DNA of 64,000 nt from a virus (IMGVR_UViG_2857375656_000002:1302-65301), one strand, 5' to 3'; numbered from the stretch's first letter, positions 38,489 to 48,623 are shown. Notes: generated from the letters alone by a model not told the origin. Numbers and translations are program-made.

Positions 38489-39427
38489 TCAGCGGCTGCA
38501 GTACAGGTTGCCGATCGCTTTCGGGTCGATGACGCCGGAGCCGAACACGTTCAAACCACGAACGAGTTTGCCGAAGTCGTTAGGGTTCGGCAGGGTTTCC
38601 ATCTTGGTCATCTGGCTGGCAAAGGTGAGGCCTTTCTTGTGACCGAACATCACGTTGCTCGCCCGCTTTGCCGCGACCGCATCGTCCACTGCGGTGGTGT
38701 TGTTGCTGATGTACACCGTGAAGCGATCGAGCATGCCGACCTTGCCGTTGCGGAAGACCGAAGTGGCATCACCCATGATGCTCGCATCACGCAGATCAGA
38801 CTTCTTCAGCATGCCGTTCATCCAGGCCGGCAGCACTACCCAGCGGCCTTGCTCGGGTACGTTTTGCTCGTCGAGAACGGTGCCGCAGTCCACCAACACA
38901 TCCAGGATGTTGTCCTTGGTGATCTGCACGGGCGCGCCAGCTTTGCCGAGGTTGATGCCGCCGGACTTGGCGCCGGCGTTGTCGCCGCGGTTGGCCGCTG
39001 CAGCGTCGGCGTAGTGGCGGTTCAGCAGTTGGGTGTCGATAGCCACCTTCATCTGCTCACCGCCATCGGTGCTGAACTCGTCCATGAGCTTGATATCGGC
39101 CTGGTAAGCATCGACGTCATTCACCTCGAACGCGAAGTACTTGCCCTGGTCGATCTGCAGCGTAACTTTGTCGCTGACCGGCTTTTCGTAGACCACACCG
39201 CCGCCGATCTTGTAGTCCTTGATGACAATCGACGGCACGGTGCGGATGTTGATGGTATCGCCCTGGTTCTTGATTTCGCCTTCGTAGTCGGTGTTGGCGA
39301 TTTCACCGAAAACGGTTGCGGCGTACAGCTTCTGCACCAGCTTGCCCGACCAGAGCGCCGGGATAAAACCCGAGGCACTGGTAGAGCTGTAGTCTGGATG
39401 CCCTGCGGCGCGTGCTGGACCTGCCAT
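38489..39427 (-). CDS. Major capsid protein
   Basis: FIPALWSGKL...NTDYEGEIKNQGDTINIRTVP...VRGLNVFGSGVI. Confidence 0.88.
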   Translation of the reverse strand: MAGPARAAGHPDYSSTSASGFIPALWSGKLVQKLYAATVFGEIANTDYEGEIKNQGDTINIRTVPSIVIKDYKIGGGVVYEKPVSDKVTLQIDQGKYFAFEVNDVDAYQADIKLMDEFSTDGGEQMKVAIDTQLLNRHYADAAAANRGDNAGAKSGGINLGKAGAPVQITKDNILDVLVDCGTVLDEQNVPEQGRWVVLPAWMNGMLKKSDLRDASIMGDATSVFRNGKVGMLDRFTVYISNNTTAVDDAVAAKRASNVMFGHKKGLTFASQMTKMETLPNPNDFGKLVRGLNVFGSGVIDPKAIGNLYCSR

Positions 39428-39474
39428 GGTGTAGCTCCTATTTCCTGACGCCTCGCGGCGTTACAGAGCGCGTG

Positions 39475-40416
39475 CTATCGCGAAATGCGACCGTTTGCTA
39501 CCGCGCCTGAAATGTCCTGTTCAATCGCAGCCGCTTCGGCTTTGGTGTACCGCTTGCCCAACGCCACATCCTTATAGAACTCGTTGATTTCAGCATTGCT
39601 CCACCACTTGCCCTCCGCCGGCGGCGTAGGATCGGTGCGAGTGGAGCGTGGCTGAACGTTTTCCGGTGGGATGGTGCGATCTGGGCTCGGTGCCGCCGGT
39701 GCGGGCTGCGCGTCTTTGAAGGCCTGGAACAGCGCGGCGGCGCGGTATGCGTCGTTGGCTGTCTGGGCCTCGATCAAAAGCTGCTGCCGCTCTTTGCCGG
39801 TGAACGTGTCCATGTGGCTGAGCCACTCATGGAACGCGGGCAATCCGTTGATCTCAACTGCGTCAGGAACACGCTGAATCAGTTGCCGGAAGAATTCTTC
39901 CTGCGCCTGCTCGGCCTTTTCCTGCTCGCTTTTCTGGGTTTTTTGCTTCAACCCCTCGAGTTCGGTTTTGATCGTGTCCAGCTCTGCGGGATTGGCGGCA
40001 GATGCCTGGCCACCAGCCACTCGCTGAATGAGTGCAACGAGGTCCGGCCCGTAGCTCTCGATCTCCTCGGGGGTTAGATCCGACACTGCGCGCTGCACGG
40101 CATTGCCTGCGGGCTTTTGCGCCTTTGCCAGTTCTGCGGTCAGCCGGGACACTTCCTGTTGCAGCGCCGGTACTTCGGCGTTGTATTTCCCTTGCATGAC
40201 TTTGAAGCGTTGCTGCCAGTAATCAGCACCATCGTCGCGGGCGGCCGGGGCCAGGTCCGTTTTGGTGGGAGCTTGTGGATCTGAGATCACCGGCGCGTCG
40301 GGATTTGCTGCCGGAGCCGCATCTGGTGCGGGGTTCTCGGCCGGCTTGTTCAGTGCTTCCTGAATCGCCGTTGCTTCATCGATTTGCGCCTGTACGTTGC
40401 GGGGTAGCGTGCTCAT
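39475..40416 (-). CDS. Capsid scaffolding protein
   Basis: Pro/Ala-rich then coiled coil, QGKYNAEVP, ends ANGRISR; upstream of capsid. Confidence 0.78.
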   Translation of the reverse strand: MSTLPRNVQAQIDEATAIQEALNKPAENPAPDAAPAANPDAPVISDPQAPTKTDLAPAARDDGADYWQQRFKVMQGKYNAEVPALQQEVSRLTAELAKAQKPAGNAVQRAVSDLTPEEIESYGPDLVALIQRVAGGQASAANPAELDTIKTELEGLKQKTQKSEQEKAEQAQEEFFRQLIQRVPDAVEINGLPAFHEWLSHMDTFTGKERQQLLIEAQTANDAYRAAALFQAFKDAQPAPAAPSPDRTIPPENVQPRSTRTDPTPPAEGKWWSNAEINEFYKDVALGKRYTKAEAAAIEQDISGAVANGRISR

Positions 40417-40545
40417 TGATCGTGTTCTCCTTGGGTAGAGCCGGCAGGTCCGGGCTTCTGGGTGTGCTACTGGTTCCGGGCACTTGGCCGAATGTCCGGA
40501 GAGTGGCCACAAAAAAACCGCCTCAAGTGGGCGGCTTTTCTGTAG

Positions 40546-40797
40546 CTACTGGGATGACCGCGAGGTGCTTGCCTGGATTCGCTCAAGCGCCTCGCGGGAT
40601 TCTTCAAACGACTTGATCAGCTCCCTGGCCAGGCTCGCCCGGCCCTGAGCCCTGAATAAGCTCTCCAGGTTGTTCACCCCCTCCAGGCTCTGCTGGGCCT
40701 CCATCAAATGGCTGCTCAGTATCTCCTTGAGGTGCTTCCATTCCGGGCTGTTGGTCAGATTGACCAGGGCTTGCCACTGTTGGTTGCTGGGTTTCAT
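40546..40797 (-). CDS. Small post-portal protein overlapping the portal C-terminus
   Basis: MKPSNQQWQALVNL...FRAQGRASLARELI, amphipathic helices; GGAG RBS. Confidence 0.6.
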   Translation of the reverse strand: MKPSNQQWQALVNLTNSPEWKHLKEILSSHLMEAQQSLEGVNNLESLFRAQGRASLARELIKSFEESREALERIQASTSRSSQ

Positions 40798-42964
40798 TGG
40801 CTCCGCCACCTGCATGTTGAAGTTGGGCGACCACGGCGCCGTTGCTCATGCCGAGGCGCTGGGCCTCAGCGCGGGTTTTCTCGGCCTTCGCGGTCAGTTC
40901 AGCCGTTTGTGCGGCAGTTTTCTCGGTTTCCGCTTCGACCTGCTGTCCCACGGCAGCGGCTTGCTGTTGCTGCTGTTGGGCCTGCTGCGCCTGCTGTTGC
41001 TCCTCCCGTGCCTTCATCTCGGCTTTCGTTGGAATCAGGCCGGGCATATCCAAGCTTTCAGCAACTTTGCGCAGGATCGCTGCCCTGCCTTCAAGACCGA
41101 GAATCTGCATGTCGGTCGGGTTGTTGGTGAAGCTCAGGAACTGCGTGCGCGCGTTCAGCGTTTGCTCACGCTGGAGCATCGCGTTTGCGCCCCGGGCCAC
41201 GACCTTGCAATCGCCCTTGATGGCGTTGTCATCGGAGTAGCGCATGTTGAACAGCCACAACGCTTCGATGACGCGGCGAACCACCCCACGGTCAATATGG
41301 CGGATCGCATCCTTGATCCCCTTGTTGGCCGACTCCATGAGCATCGACAGGCCGCTGGCCGTGTTGCCTGCACCGCCGACCTTCTCCGCGCCGTAGATGT
41401 AACGCGGGATGTTCGTCGCGTCGTCCGCGCGCTTCTCCCATGAGTCATAGACCGCCTGGAGCTCTCCAGCCATGCTGACGGGCTGGTAAAAGCGAATCAC
41501 CGGTGACGTCGCCCCTCCTTGCATTCCTGGCGTCTGGCCGCTTTTCACCCGCCAGCGTTTCAACGGGTACATCTCGTTCGGGTTTTCACCTGGCTGCAAG
41601 CGGTCTTCATCCACTTCCACCTGCGGGCCACTGGCAAACGCCATGTTATTGGCCTGGGCACGAGCTGTTGAGCCACAGAAGTCCTGCACGTCACTCATCA
41701 GCTCAGGAATTGCCATGCCCCAGAACGAGCCAGGCACGATCTGAAACGACGCCTTGTGATATGGCCGGCCGCCCAAAGGGTTGCGGTTGAACACACAGCG
41801 GATAACGTGATTGCCGATCAGGATTGCATCTACCTGGTACTCATCAAGCACGTCCGGCACCTGGGACGGATCAATTCCCCATTGCAGCAGCATCAGCCCT
41901 TGGGCGCCGCCCCAATAGTGCAAGCCTTCGATGGTTTCGCCGTTGTTGATCATCCAGTCGCCGGCTTTATCCTCAAGCCGTGCGCGCTGCGAATCCGTTG
42001 CGAGCCATTCGCGCAGGCCACCCTGGCCATGTTCGGTAAGCACGGCACGAACCGCGTTGTCGCTGTAGCCTGGAACACCCGTGAGAGCGTTCAGGCGCGA
42101 CCGTGTATAGCGTTCGCGCTCGATGATGAATGCGCCGTCATCGGTGTTCGTCGAGTCTGGCGACGGGTAGATATCGAAGGGCGAGACCCGGTGAAACAGG
42201 GGCTGAATCTCCTCTGTTTCGATCATCTGCCAGTTTTGGCCCCAGGCAATCTGCGGCACACGTTGAAGCAATGGCCCTTTAACGAATGCCGCCGGATAGA
42301 TAGTGAAGTCGTCGATGAACTCCTCGAGCGCGGTTTCCCACCCGCCCTCGGCCAACTGGTCGGCGATAAGCGTTTCATGGGCCTCGCTTGCCTCCTTGGC
42401 CTTGGCCTGGATGAGTTCACGCAGCTTCACTTCCAGTTCGGTCGGGTCAGGCATCGTCTGTGGCGGCGCTTCTTGCCCCTGCTCTCCCGGCTCACCCTGC
42501 TGGGCATGTTCACCCTGCTGAGATTGCTGGGACTGCATCATCTGCTGGGCGAGCTTCTGCTGAAATGCAGCAAGAAACTCGGGCGGGATGTCCGCCACCG
42601 GTGTTGGATCAAGTCCCCACGGGTGACCATTGACCGGGATCAGGATGTCACGAATCCATGAAGCACCCGCTCGGCACTTGGTGGTTGTCAGCTTGGGATA
42701 AATCTCGCTGCCGCCAGCTTCCCGAATCGCCTGGAGCTTCGTCTCCTCATGCTTTCCTTTCTGGCGCCGCGCGCAGTCCAGCAGCCGATCATCGATTTCA
42801 CGCTTGGCGTTTTTGGCAGACTCGAAGCACCGACGGATGTGCGCTGCCAAAGACGACTGCACCTGTAGAGCGCGCCGGCTTTGCAGCGCCTGCTCCTCAG
42901 CGGCGACGTCATCAGCATGCAGGTCTGCGGCGCTCCTGAATTGCAGCAAACCTAATTCAGCCAT
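40604..42964 (-). CDS. Portal protein
   Basis: 786 aa after terminase; RVSPFDIYPSPD, GSFWGMAIPELM, Gln-rich barrel. Confidence 0.88.
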   Translation of the reverse strand: MAELGLLQFRSAADLHADDVAAEEQALQSRRALQVQSSLAAHIRRCFESAKNAKREIDDRLLDCARRQKGKHEETKLQAIREAGGSEIYPKLTTTKCRAGASWIRDILIPVNGHPWGLDPTPVADIPPEFLAAFQQKLAQQMMQSQQSQQGEHAQQGEPGEQGQEAPPQTMPDPTELEVKLRELIQAKAKEASEAHETLIADQLAEGGWETALEEFIDDFTIYPAAFVKGPLLQRVPQIAWGQNWQMIETEEIQPLFHRVSPFDIYPSPDSTNTDDGAFIIERERYTRSRLNALTGVPGYSDNAVRAVLTEHGQGGLREWLATDSQRARLEDKAGDWMINNGETIEGLHYWGGAQGLMLLQWGIDPSQVPDVLDEYQVDAILIGNHVIRCVFNRNPLGGRPYHKASFQIVPGSFWGMAIPELMSDVQDFCGSTARAQANNMAFASGPQVEVDEDRLQPGENPNEMYPLKRWRVKSGQTPGMQGGATSPVIRFYQPVSMAGELQAVYDSWEKRADDATNIPRYIYGAEKVGGAGNTASGLSMLMESANKGIKDAIRHIDRGVVRRVIEALWLFNMRYSDDNAIKGDCKVVARGANAMLQREQTLNARTQFLSFTNNPTDMQILGLEGRAAILRKVAESLDMPGLIPTKAEMKAREEQQQAQQAQQQQQQAAAVGQQVEAETEKTAAQTAELTAKAEKTRAEAQRLGMSNGAVVAQLQHAGGGANETQQPTVASPGQSDQQPGMEAPQGDTEQPFDGGPAEPGGGEQPGELIQGSGPGEPGQGADQVV

Positions 42965-43310
42965 GGATCATTGCCTCATGAACATTGTTGATTTCAGCCT
43001 GCCGGCCGGAGCGGCGCAATTTCGCGCCGTGCTCTAGTTGCCGCAGGTTGGCCAGCAGATCCTGCATGTAGTTGACAGGGTCGGCCGCAAACTCGGCCAA
43101 CTTGACGTTGAGTGTCACGCCCAGGTCGTGAGCCATCTCGAACTGCACCCGAACTGCAGGGTGCGCGCCATCCGGCTCCTTGATCTCTACCGCGTCGACT
43201 TGGACCAAACCGATATTTCGACGCAGCTGAAAGCTCTGGACGGTGAGCGGGGCAACCAGGCGGGCTATGACGTCGGCGACCTGCTTCCATTCAATAAACA
43301 TAGTGGTCAT
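42957..43310 (-). CDS. Hypothetical protein between terminase and portal
   Basis: Overlapping start/stop with both neighbours. Confidence 0.65.
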   Translation of the reverse strand: MTTMFIEWKQVADVIARLVAPLTVQSFQLRRNIGLVQVDAVEIKEPDGAHPAVRVQFEMAHDLGVTLNVKLAEFAADPVNYMQDLLANLRQLEHGAKLRRSGRQAEINNVHEAMIHG

Positions 43311-44989
43311 GTGTGCGCGCTCCAGTTGCGTCGGGCTCGATCTGTGTTTGATGTTGTTGGGGTCGAGGGAATTGCCCCTGCCGTAGCCTCGAAGACTCCG
43401 CAGCGGGCCAGGGTTTCAAATGCCTTGGCCCCGTGGCTTGCCCAGTCGTGGCGCGGCTGTTCCTTGTACACGCCCAACCTCAAATCCCACTCCTTGCGGT
43501 AGTTATCGATGCAGTCAATCAGCCGTGACACGCCCGCGGTTCGGGGCTTGCCGGTGTCCGCATCGCCGGTTGATTCCCGGGTGTCCTGCTCATCCTCGGC
43601 GAACCAGCACAGCGGCAGGAAGTTACGCACCGCCTGCACCCCCTCGCTGTTTCGAGAGACGCGCGGAACGATTTGGAACGTGATCCCGTACTGCTTTGCT
43701 ACGTCGATTCGGGATTTCCCTGTACCGATCTCGCGCACCACGATGTCGTGCGGGGCGTAGTGCGCGCCGTAGGAATACCCCAGCTTTTTGAGCAGATCGC
43801 CGTAGTACTCCATGCCCTCGCCTGAATGCTCGATGTAATCGATGATGTGCACTTGGCGGCCCACCACCTGGAACAGCACGATGGACATAGCGTCCCCCAT
43901 ACCCAAGTCCCAGGCCGTGAATACCGGCAGCGTAGGGTTGCGAGTCACCGCCTTGGTGATTCGGCCCTGTTGCCGCAGGAATCGCATCTGCGTGAGGTAG
44001 TAAGCGCCTTTGATGCCCTGATCGAACGCCTCATCCGGCGTGGCCGGATATTCGCGTTTCATGTCGTCGTGCAGCGCCTCGGCCTTTTTGGCGTACCAGG
44101 CTTGCTGGGCGCGATCGAGGCGGATGCCATGCTTGGCAGACAGCTCGGCGAAGTACTCCTGCAACCATTGCGGCACCACCACCTGGTCAAATGCCTCCAG
44201 GCGGTAGGTGGGATCTTTGAACCACGGGAAGAAGTGGAACTGCCAATCCATCACCGTCGGCGTGCGGCCGGCGTCTTTGATGGCCCTTGCCAACTCGCAA
44301 TAGGTGAAAAAGTAGCCTTCGCGACCCTCTGCCGTGCTTTCGATTGTGACCCGGTTGCCCAGGCCCACCGCTTCAAAAGCACCGGTGACAATCTCCTGGG
44401 CCTTGTCCGGGCTCAGTTTGCAGATCTTGCCGAACTCCGACACATGCAAGCGCTGGAGTGTCCCGCCTCGGAATGAGGTCGACACCTGGATGCTTGAGCC
44501 GTTGTCGAAGATATAGCCTTGGTCCTTGTCACTGCGCGGTACCGGCAGGCGCATGCCGATCAGCTTGAAAATTGCCGACCATGCCGGGTCGCCTGACAGC
44601 TTTTCGTAGGCGAACCGTATCTTGTTGCGGTAGATCTCTTTGGCGTCCGGCAGCGTGTGGCAGATGCAGCCGGCGCTGTAGTTCCTGATGAACAGGCAAT
44701 CGTCGAGCGCGTCGATCATCTCGAAAGTGGTAAAGCCCAACTGCCGGGCCTTGAGGATGATGTCGCGGTTATGCTCGTCGAGGAATCGTTCGCGCTGCTG
44801 CTGGTTGGGCTTGAAGCGCTGGACCTTGCCGTTCTTGTCCTTGATTTTGTACAGGGCGTTGAGCCTGTACCACTTGTTACTCAAGGCTTTCAGCAGTAAA
44901 GCGTTGCCCTTGAGCTGCTTGGCGAGGTGTAGGGCGATTAACTCGTCACCCTCACGCACCAGGCGCTGGCGGTCGGTTTCATTCCCCAT
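43307..44989 (-). CDS. Terminase large subunit
   Basis: ILKARQLGFTT Walker A, LHVSEFG Walker B, ESTAEG, AWDLG nuclease. Confidence 0.92.
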   Translation of the reverse strand: MGNETDRQRLVREGDELIALHLAKQLKGNALLLKALSNKWYRLNALYKIKDKNGKVQRFKPNQQQRERFLDEHNRDIILKARQLGFTTFEMIDALDDCLFIRNYSAGCICHTLPDAKEIYRNKIRFAYEKLSGDPAWSAIFKLIGMRLPVPRSDKDQGYIFDNGSSIQVSTSFRGGTLQRLHVSEFGKICKLSPDKAQEIVTGAFEAVGLGNRVTIESTAEGREGYFFTYCELARAIKDAGRTPTVMDWQFHFFPWFKDPTYRLEAFDQVVVPQWLQEYFAELSAKHGIRLDRAQQAWYAKKAEALHDDMKREYPATPDEAFDQGIKGAYYLTQMRFLRQQGRITKAVTRNPTLPVFTAWDLGMGDAMSIVLFQVVGRQVHIIDYIEHSGEGMEYYGDLLKKLGYSYGAHYAPHDIVVREIGTGKSRIDVAKQYGITFQIVPRVSRNSEGVQAVRNFLPLCWFAEDEQDTRESTGDADTGKPRTAGVSRLIDCIDNYRKEWDLRLGVYKEQPRHDWASHGAKAFETLARCGVFEATAGAIPSTPTTSNTDRARRNWSAHT

Positions 44990-45542
44990 CACCAGCTGCC
45001 TCAGCCAGCAGATCCTCAAGGGATTTGCCTGTGCTTTCCCGTTCTTTGTCGGTGTCCAGACCGTGGGCCTGGCGTTCGAGCTTGATCAGACGCTCCAGGG
45101 ACTGCGTGGCGTGGCCGATGCTCTTGCCCACGTAGTCCAGCGGAATGTCGATCTCGACCGGCTCCCCCTTCTGGGTCATGACGGTGATCTTGCCGGCCGC
45201 AATCTGCTCATGGATACGCTCGACATACTGCTGGGTCAGGTCGCGGGTTCTGGCAATCACTACCTGGTGACCACGTACCAGTTGGGCACCGGCCTCGGCT
45301 GCCTGCTCGACGATCTCGGCGTCGTTGGTTGCCTCAGCGACAGCAGCAGCGGCGGCGCGCCCGGTCTTCTCCCGTACACGCTGACGGATCATCTCGGAAA
45401 GGTCTTTCTGCCACTCGTGCTTGTCGGCACGGTTGCGGATCGAACTTTCCGACACATTGTGCCGGCGGCCCAACTCGCGGTTCGTAAAGCAGCCCGTCCG
45501 GTAATCCCTTTCGACGGCTGCCCAATCACATTTAGCAGCCAT
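44979..45542 (-). CDS. Terminase small subunit
   Basis: DWAAVERDYRTG...HTH...RADKHEWQKDL. Confidence 0.85.
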   Translation of the reverse strand: MAAKCDWAAVERDYRTGCFTNRELGRRHNVSESSIRNRADKHEWQKDLSEMIRQRVREKTGRAAAAAVAEATNDAEIVEQAAEAGAQLVRGHQVVIARTRDLTQQYVERIHEQIAAGKITVMTQKGEPVEIDIPLDYVGKSIGHATQSLERLIKLERQAHGLDTDKERESTGKSLEDLLAEAAGDGE

Positions 45543-45576
45543 GGGGGCGCATCCTTTGCGTGAGTATTGTGGGGTG

Positions 45577-46032
45577 TTACTGCTTGGGCGTTTGGCAGAA
45601 GGTGTTGATGTAGTCCTGGGCGGCGCGCAGCGCTATCAGTCCTTCGTCACCGTCGTTGGCGATGGCGACAATTCTTTCTCCAGCCGCAGGGTCAAGTTCG
45701 GTTCTCGCTTTTTCATGACCCATGCCGGAGGCGGCGGTGGTGGCTCCCACTGCGGGACAGGTGGCTTCGACTGACAACCGGCGAGCGCCAGTACCAACAG
45801 CAGTGCGAAGACGCTGATTATCGGCTTGGGCATTCACCAATTCCTTTGTGTGGTCCGTGTCGAGCTGGGCGAGCAGCCGCTGAGTATTACGGCGCGAGTC
45901 GGCCGCCTTGTTCAGTGCTGTGACCAGAGATTTAGCGGTGGCCAAGTCCTCAGACTGAGACTGGATGCGCTGATAGCCGCCGTAGATGATGATCAGGCAA
46001 CCAATCAGGGCTGCGATCAGATAGCGGATCAT
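45577..46032 (-). CDS. Rz inner-membrane spanin
   Basis: N-terminal TM, coiled coil, RLSVEATCP. Confidence 0.85.
   Translation of the reverse strand: MIRYLIAALIGCLIIIYGGYQRIQSQSEDLATAKSLVTALNKAADSRRNTQRLLAQLDTDHTKELVNAQADNQRLRTAVGTGARRLSVEATCPAVGATTAASGMGHEKARTELDPAAGERIVAIANDGDEGLIALRAAQDYINTFCQTPKQ
45636..45833 (-). CDS. Rz1 outer-membrane lipoprotein spanin (nested in Rz)
   Basis: Lipobox LALAGC, Pro-rich PPPPPPAWVM. Confidence 0.8.
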   Translation of the reverse strand: MPKPIISVFALLLVLALAGCQSKPPVPQWEPPPPPPAWVMKKREPNLTLRLEKELSPSPTTVTKD

Positions 46033-46478
46033 GACAACGCTCGGCGGAGCCCTTCCGCTAAAACGGCCTCTGGATAAGCGAACCCTGCGCATTCATGGGC
46101 GATGATGCTGGACACCATTACGCCCAGCGTTGCCGGCTTCCGGACGTCGATCACGTCATTGGCGCTCACGCCCAGGCGGCGGGCCACGGCCGCTATGTAG
46201 GCCGCAGTGTTGTTCTCGTTGCCCGGCGCCCACCTGGTGATGGTTTCGCGTACCGTGTCGATGCCCGGTCCACCCACGCCAGGCATGCCGTCTTTGCCGC
46301 GGTAGTTGATCAGCAGCTTGCCCAGGGCGCGGATGCCGTTTTCAGGTGTGTCAAAGCGTGCAAATCGTGGGGATGGCACGCCGACTTCCAGCCCAAGCTG
46401 CCCTTGCCAGGCATTGAGCGGGTTGTAGTCGATATTGCCGGGATTGTTGTTGCGTACGCCGCGGGTTGTGCTGGTCAT
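46029..46478 (-). CDS. Putative endolysin (RNNNPGNI family)
   Basis: RGVRNNNPGNI...RFDTPENGIRAL...ITRWAPGNENNT; at endolysin position before Rz. Confidence 0.7.
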   Translation of the reverse strand: MTSTTRGVRNNNPGNIDYNPLNAWQGQLGLEVGVPSPRFARFDTPENGIRALGKLLINYRGKDGMPGVGGPGIDTVRETITRWAPGNENNTAAYIAAVARRLGVSANDVIDVRKPATLGVMVSSIIAHECAGFAYPEAVLAEGLRRALS

Positions 46479-46714
46479 GATTTTTCGGCCTGGCCTTGAT
46501 GAACGATTTGGGACGGGTGGCAGAAGACGCGATGGTCATCTGCGGACAAATCGAGTGCACCGGATAGGAATAGCTATGAGGATAAGTGTGTATTTGCCAA
46601 TTCGTTCGGTGAGCACGACTAGAATTGCACGCACTGTAATTTTGAAAACGCTAAGGAGACGCCTCTATAATGAATTTGCGAAGTAACGACACTTAATCGG
46701 AGCAATCACACCAA

Positions 46715-47293
46715 ATGGCACGTAGAGACCATCACATCAACAGCATGCGAGGAAGCAATGGGGTCAACGATCCCAACTCAGGTTCTAGGCTTTCCAAAGT
46801 AATGAACTGGCTCGGCAGCGCTTTTGTAATCGCACTCCTCGCAACCGTTGCTTCTATGTGGCAATCGTCGATCGAAAGATCAGCGGAGGATGGCGAGAGA
46901 AAAGCACTTTTGAAATCTACTACTCAAGAACTCGCAGATAGTAAAGCCGAAACCAGAAGACTTACTGAACAGAAAGATCAGCTACAAAGAGATATAGACA
47001 CTTTGCGGAAAGAGCTATTAGAAGAAAAAAGCTCAAATTTTTATAACCAAAAAATGTTAAAAGATGCAGAAACAAATATTGCAAAATTAGACGCAGAAAA
47101 AAATAGCCTTACACTACTCGTTAACAAAAACGATCCATGCGAGGCCGAAAGACTGCAGATTAAGAAGATTGAAGAGCAACTCAGCGTGCAGCCTTTTTGG
47201 TCTCATGCACTTCAGGGAACACAACGCGAAGAAGCAATCGTCGCTCGGGATAAAAAATACGAAGCGTTGAATACTTGCCTGAGTCGCAGATGA
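46715..47293 (+). CDS. Low-GC membrane-anchored coiled-coil protein (moron)
   Basis: Single TM then long coiled coil; opposite strand inside lysis cassette. Confidence 0.7.
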   Translation: MARRDHHINSMRGSNGVNDPNSGSRLSKVMNWLGSAFVIALLATVASMWQSSIERSAEDGERKALLKSTTQELADSKAETRRLTEQKDQLQRDIDTLRKELLEEKSSNFYNQKMLKDAETNIAKLDAEKNSLTLLVNKNDPCEAERLQIKKIEEQLSVQPFWSHALQGTQREEAIVARDKKYEALNTCLSRR

Positions 47294-47392
47294 ATTATTT
47301 CTCCACCTCATAAAGTCAGAAATATGCACGCAGACCCTGTTAGCTTCAGGTTCGCGTCACGTTTTGGCGCATTCGAAAACGTGGCGCGGATT

Positions 47393-47584
47393 TCAGCTCG
47401 GCTGCCTGATCTTGCTGACGATGGATTGGGCAGATTCCCGCACCTCTGTCTCGCGACCGTCGAAGGTGCGGACAATTGCGTGGATACCCCGGTATTGCGT
47501 GCTGGTTGAGGTCTCTTGCACATGAGCGATGGCGTTGGGGGCAAAGTAGTGGCTTTACCCGTTGTGGTCGGTCAGCTCGATCAT
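47393..47584 (-). pseudogene. Small prophage gene with in-frame TAA at codon 10
   Basis: MIELTDHNG*SHYFAPNAIAHVQETSTSTQYRGIHAIVRTFDGRETEVRESAQSIVSKIRQPS; ATGA overlap with upstream gene. Confidence 0.6.
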
Positions 47585-47931
47585 GGTCGTTCCTCAGTCT
47601 GTGCCCGCGTCAGCGCCTCACCGGCCTTGTCAGCTGCTTTGCTAGCCGTGTCAGCTGCCTGGACGGCGGTGTGGGATGCCTCTTGCACCTTCACTGCTGC
47701 GTCCTGGGTCTTCTCTGCCAGGTTGGTCAATCGCAGGTCACGCTTGCCCAGGGCGGCGTCATATGCGGCGCGAACCTCAGCAAGCTGCTTGGTGTGTTCG
47801 GCGGTGGCTGACCACACGCCAGCTTGCCAGCCCAGGGTCGCACCTCCGACCACCAGTAAGAGGGCAATCAGCCAAATCTCGAGCCGACGCCACCAGTGAC
47901 GGGCGATGAACTCCATTGCGCATCTATCCAT
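47581..47931 (-). CDS. Lysis-cassette membrane protein
   Basis: Single TM then coiled coil. Confidence 0.68.
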   Translation of the reverse strand: MDRCAMEFIARHWWRRLEIWLIALLLVVGGATLGWQAGVWSATAEHTKQLAEVRAAYDAALGKRDLRLTNLAEKTQDAAVKVQEASHTAVQAADTASKAADKAGEALTRAQTEERP

Positions 47932-48302
47932 TAGTTATCGTCTCCCAGCTTCGTGCGCAGGCGGGCAATCTCAGCGCTCTGCGTGGACACCTTCTCGGTC
48001 AGGGTGGCGATCTGACTGATCAGCGCCTCAACCTTCCCTTCCATCCGGCCAACAGCTGCAGCCAGCTCGTTGCGTTCCTTGGCGAACTGATCAGCGCGAG
48101 CCTCGGCTTCTTTGCGGGCGGCGCGCTCTTGGTTCAGCAACTCATTCAGGCGCTTCAGCGTGCCGATATCGGCGCTATCCATTGCGCGGTCAGTCGCATC
48201 CTTGGAGAGAAATCTCCTCAGCCACAGCAGGCCACCAAGCAGCACGGTGCCGGTACCGCCCAGCCATGCGAACGTCCCTGGGCCGAGGTCGTTTGGGTCC
48301 AT
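47931..48302 (-). CDS. Putative holin-like membrane protein
   Basis: MDPNDLGPGTFAWLGGTGTVLLGGLLWL then coiled coil; first gene of lysis cassette. Confidence 0.6.
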   Translation of the reverse strand: MDPNDLGPGTFAWLGGTGTVLLGGLLWLRRFLSKDATDRAMDSADIGTLKRLNELLNQERAARKEAEARADQFAKERNELAAAVGRMEGKVEALISQIATLTEKVSTQSAEIARLRTKLGDDN

Positions 48303-48390
48303 CCGTCTCTCCACATAAAAACACAACAAATGTGTTGTATAACAACAAAAGTGTTGTAGAATGAACTCACCCCAACAACGAGGCGAGGTG

Positions 48391-48570
48391 ATGAAGTTCA
48401 GCGAATTCAGACGATGGTTGAAGGCTCAAGGGGTGACCTTCGAAGCGGGCAAGGGAAGCCACTTCAAAGTAACCGCCCCAAATGGCAACAGGACCACCTT
48501 CGCGGATCACGGAAGCAAGGAAATGCCCGAACCGACCCGCAAGGCGATCATTAAACAACTGGGGCTCTGA
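48391..48570 (+). CDS. hicA: HicA toxin
   Basis: GKGSHFK motif, 59 aa. Confidence 0.88.
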   Translation: MKFSEFRRWLKAQGVTFEAGKGSHFKVTAPNGNRTTFADHGSKEMPEPTRKAIIKQLGL

Positions 48571-48623
48571 TGAGCCCCTTCACCACATCTGCACGCTGAG
48601 CGATCACCTCCAGAGGAGTGACC

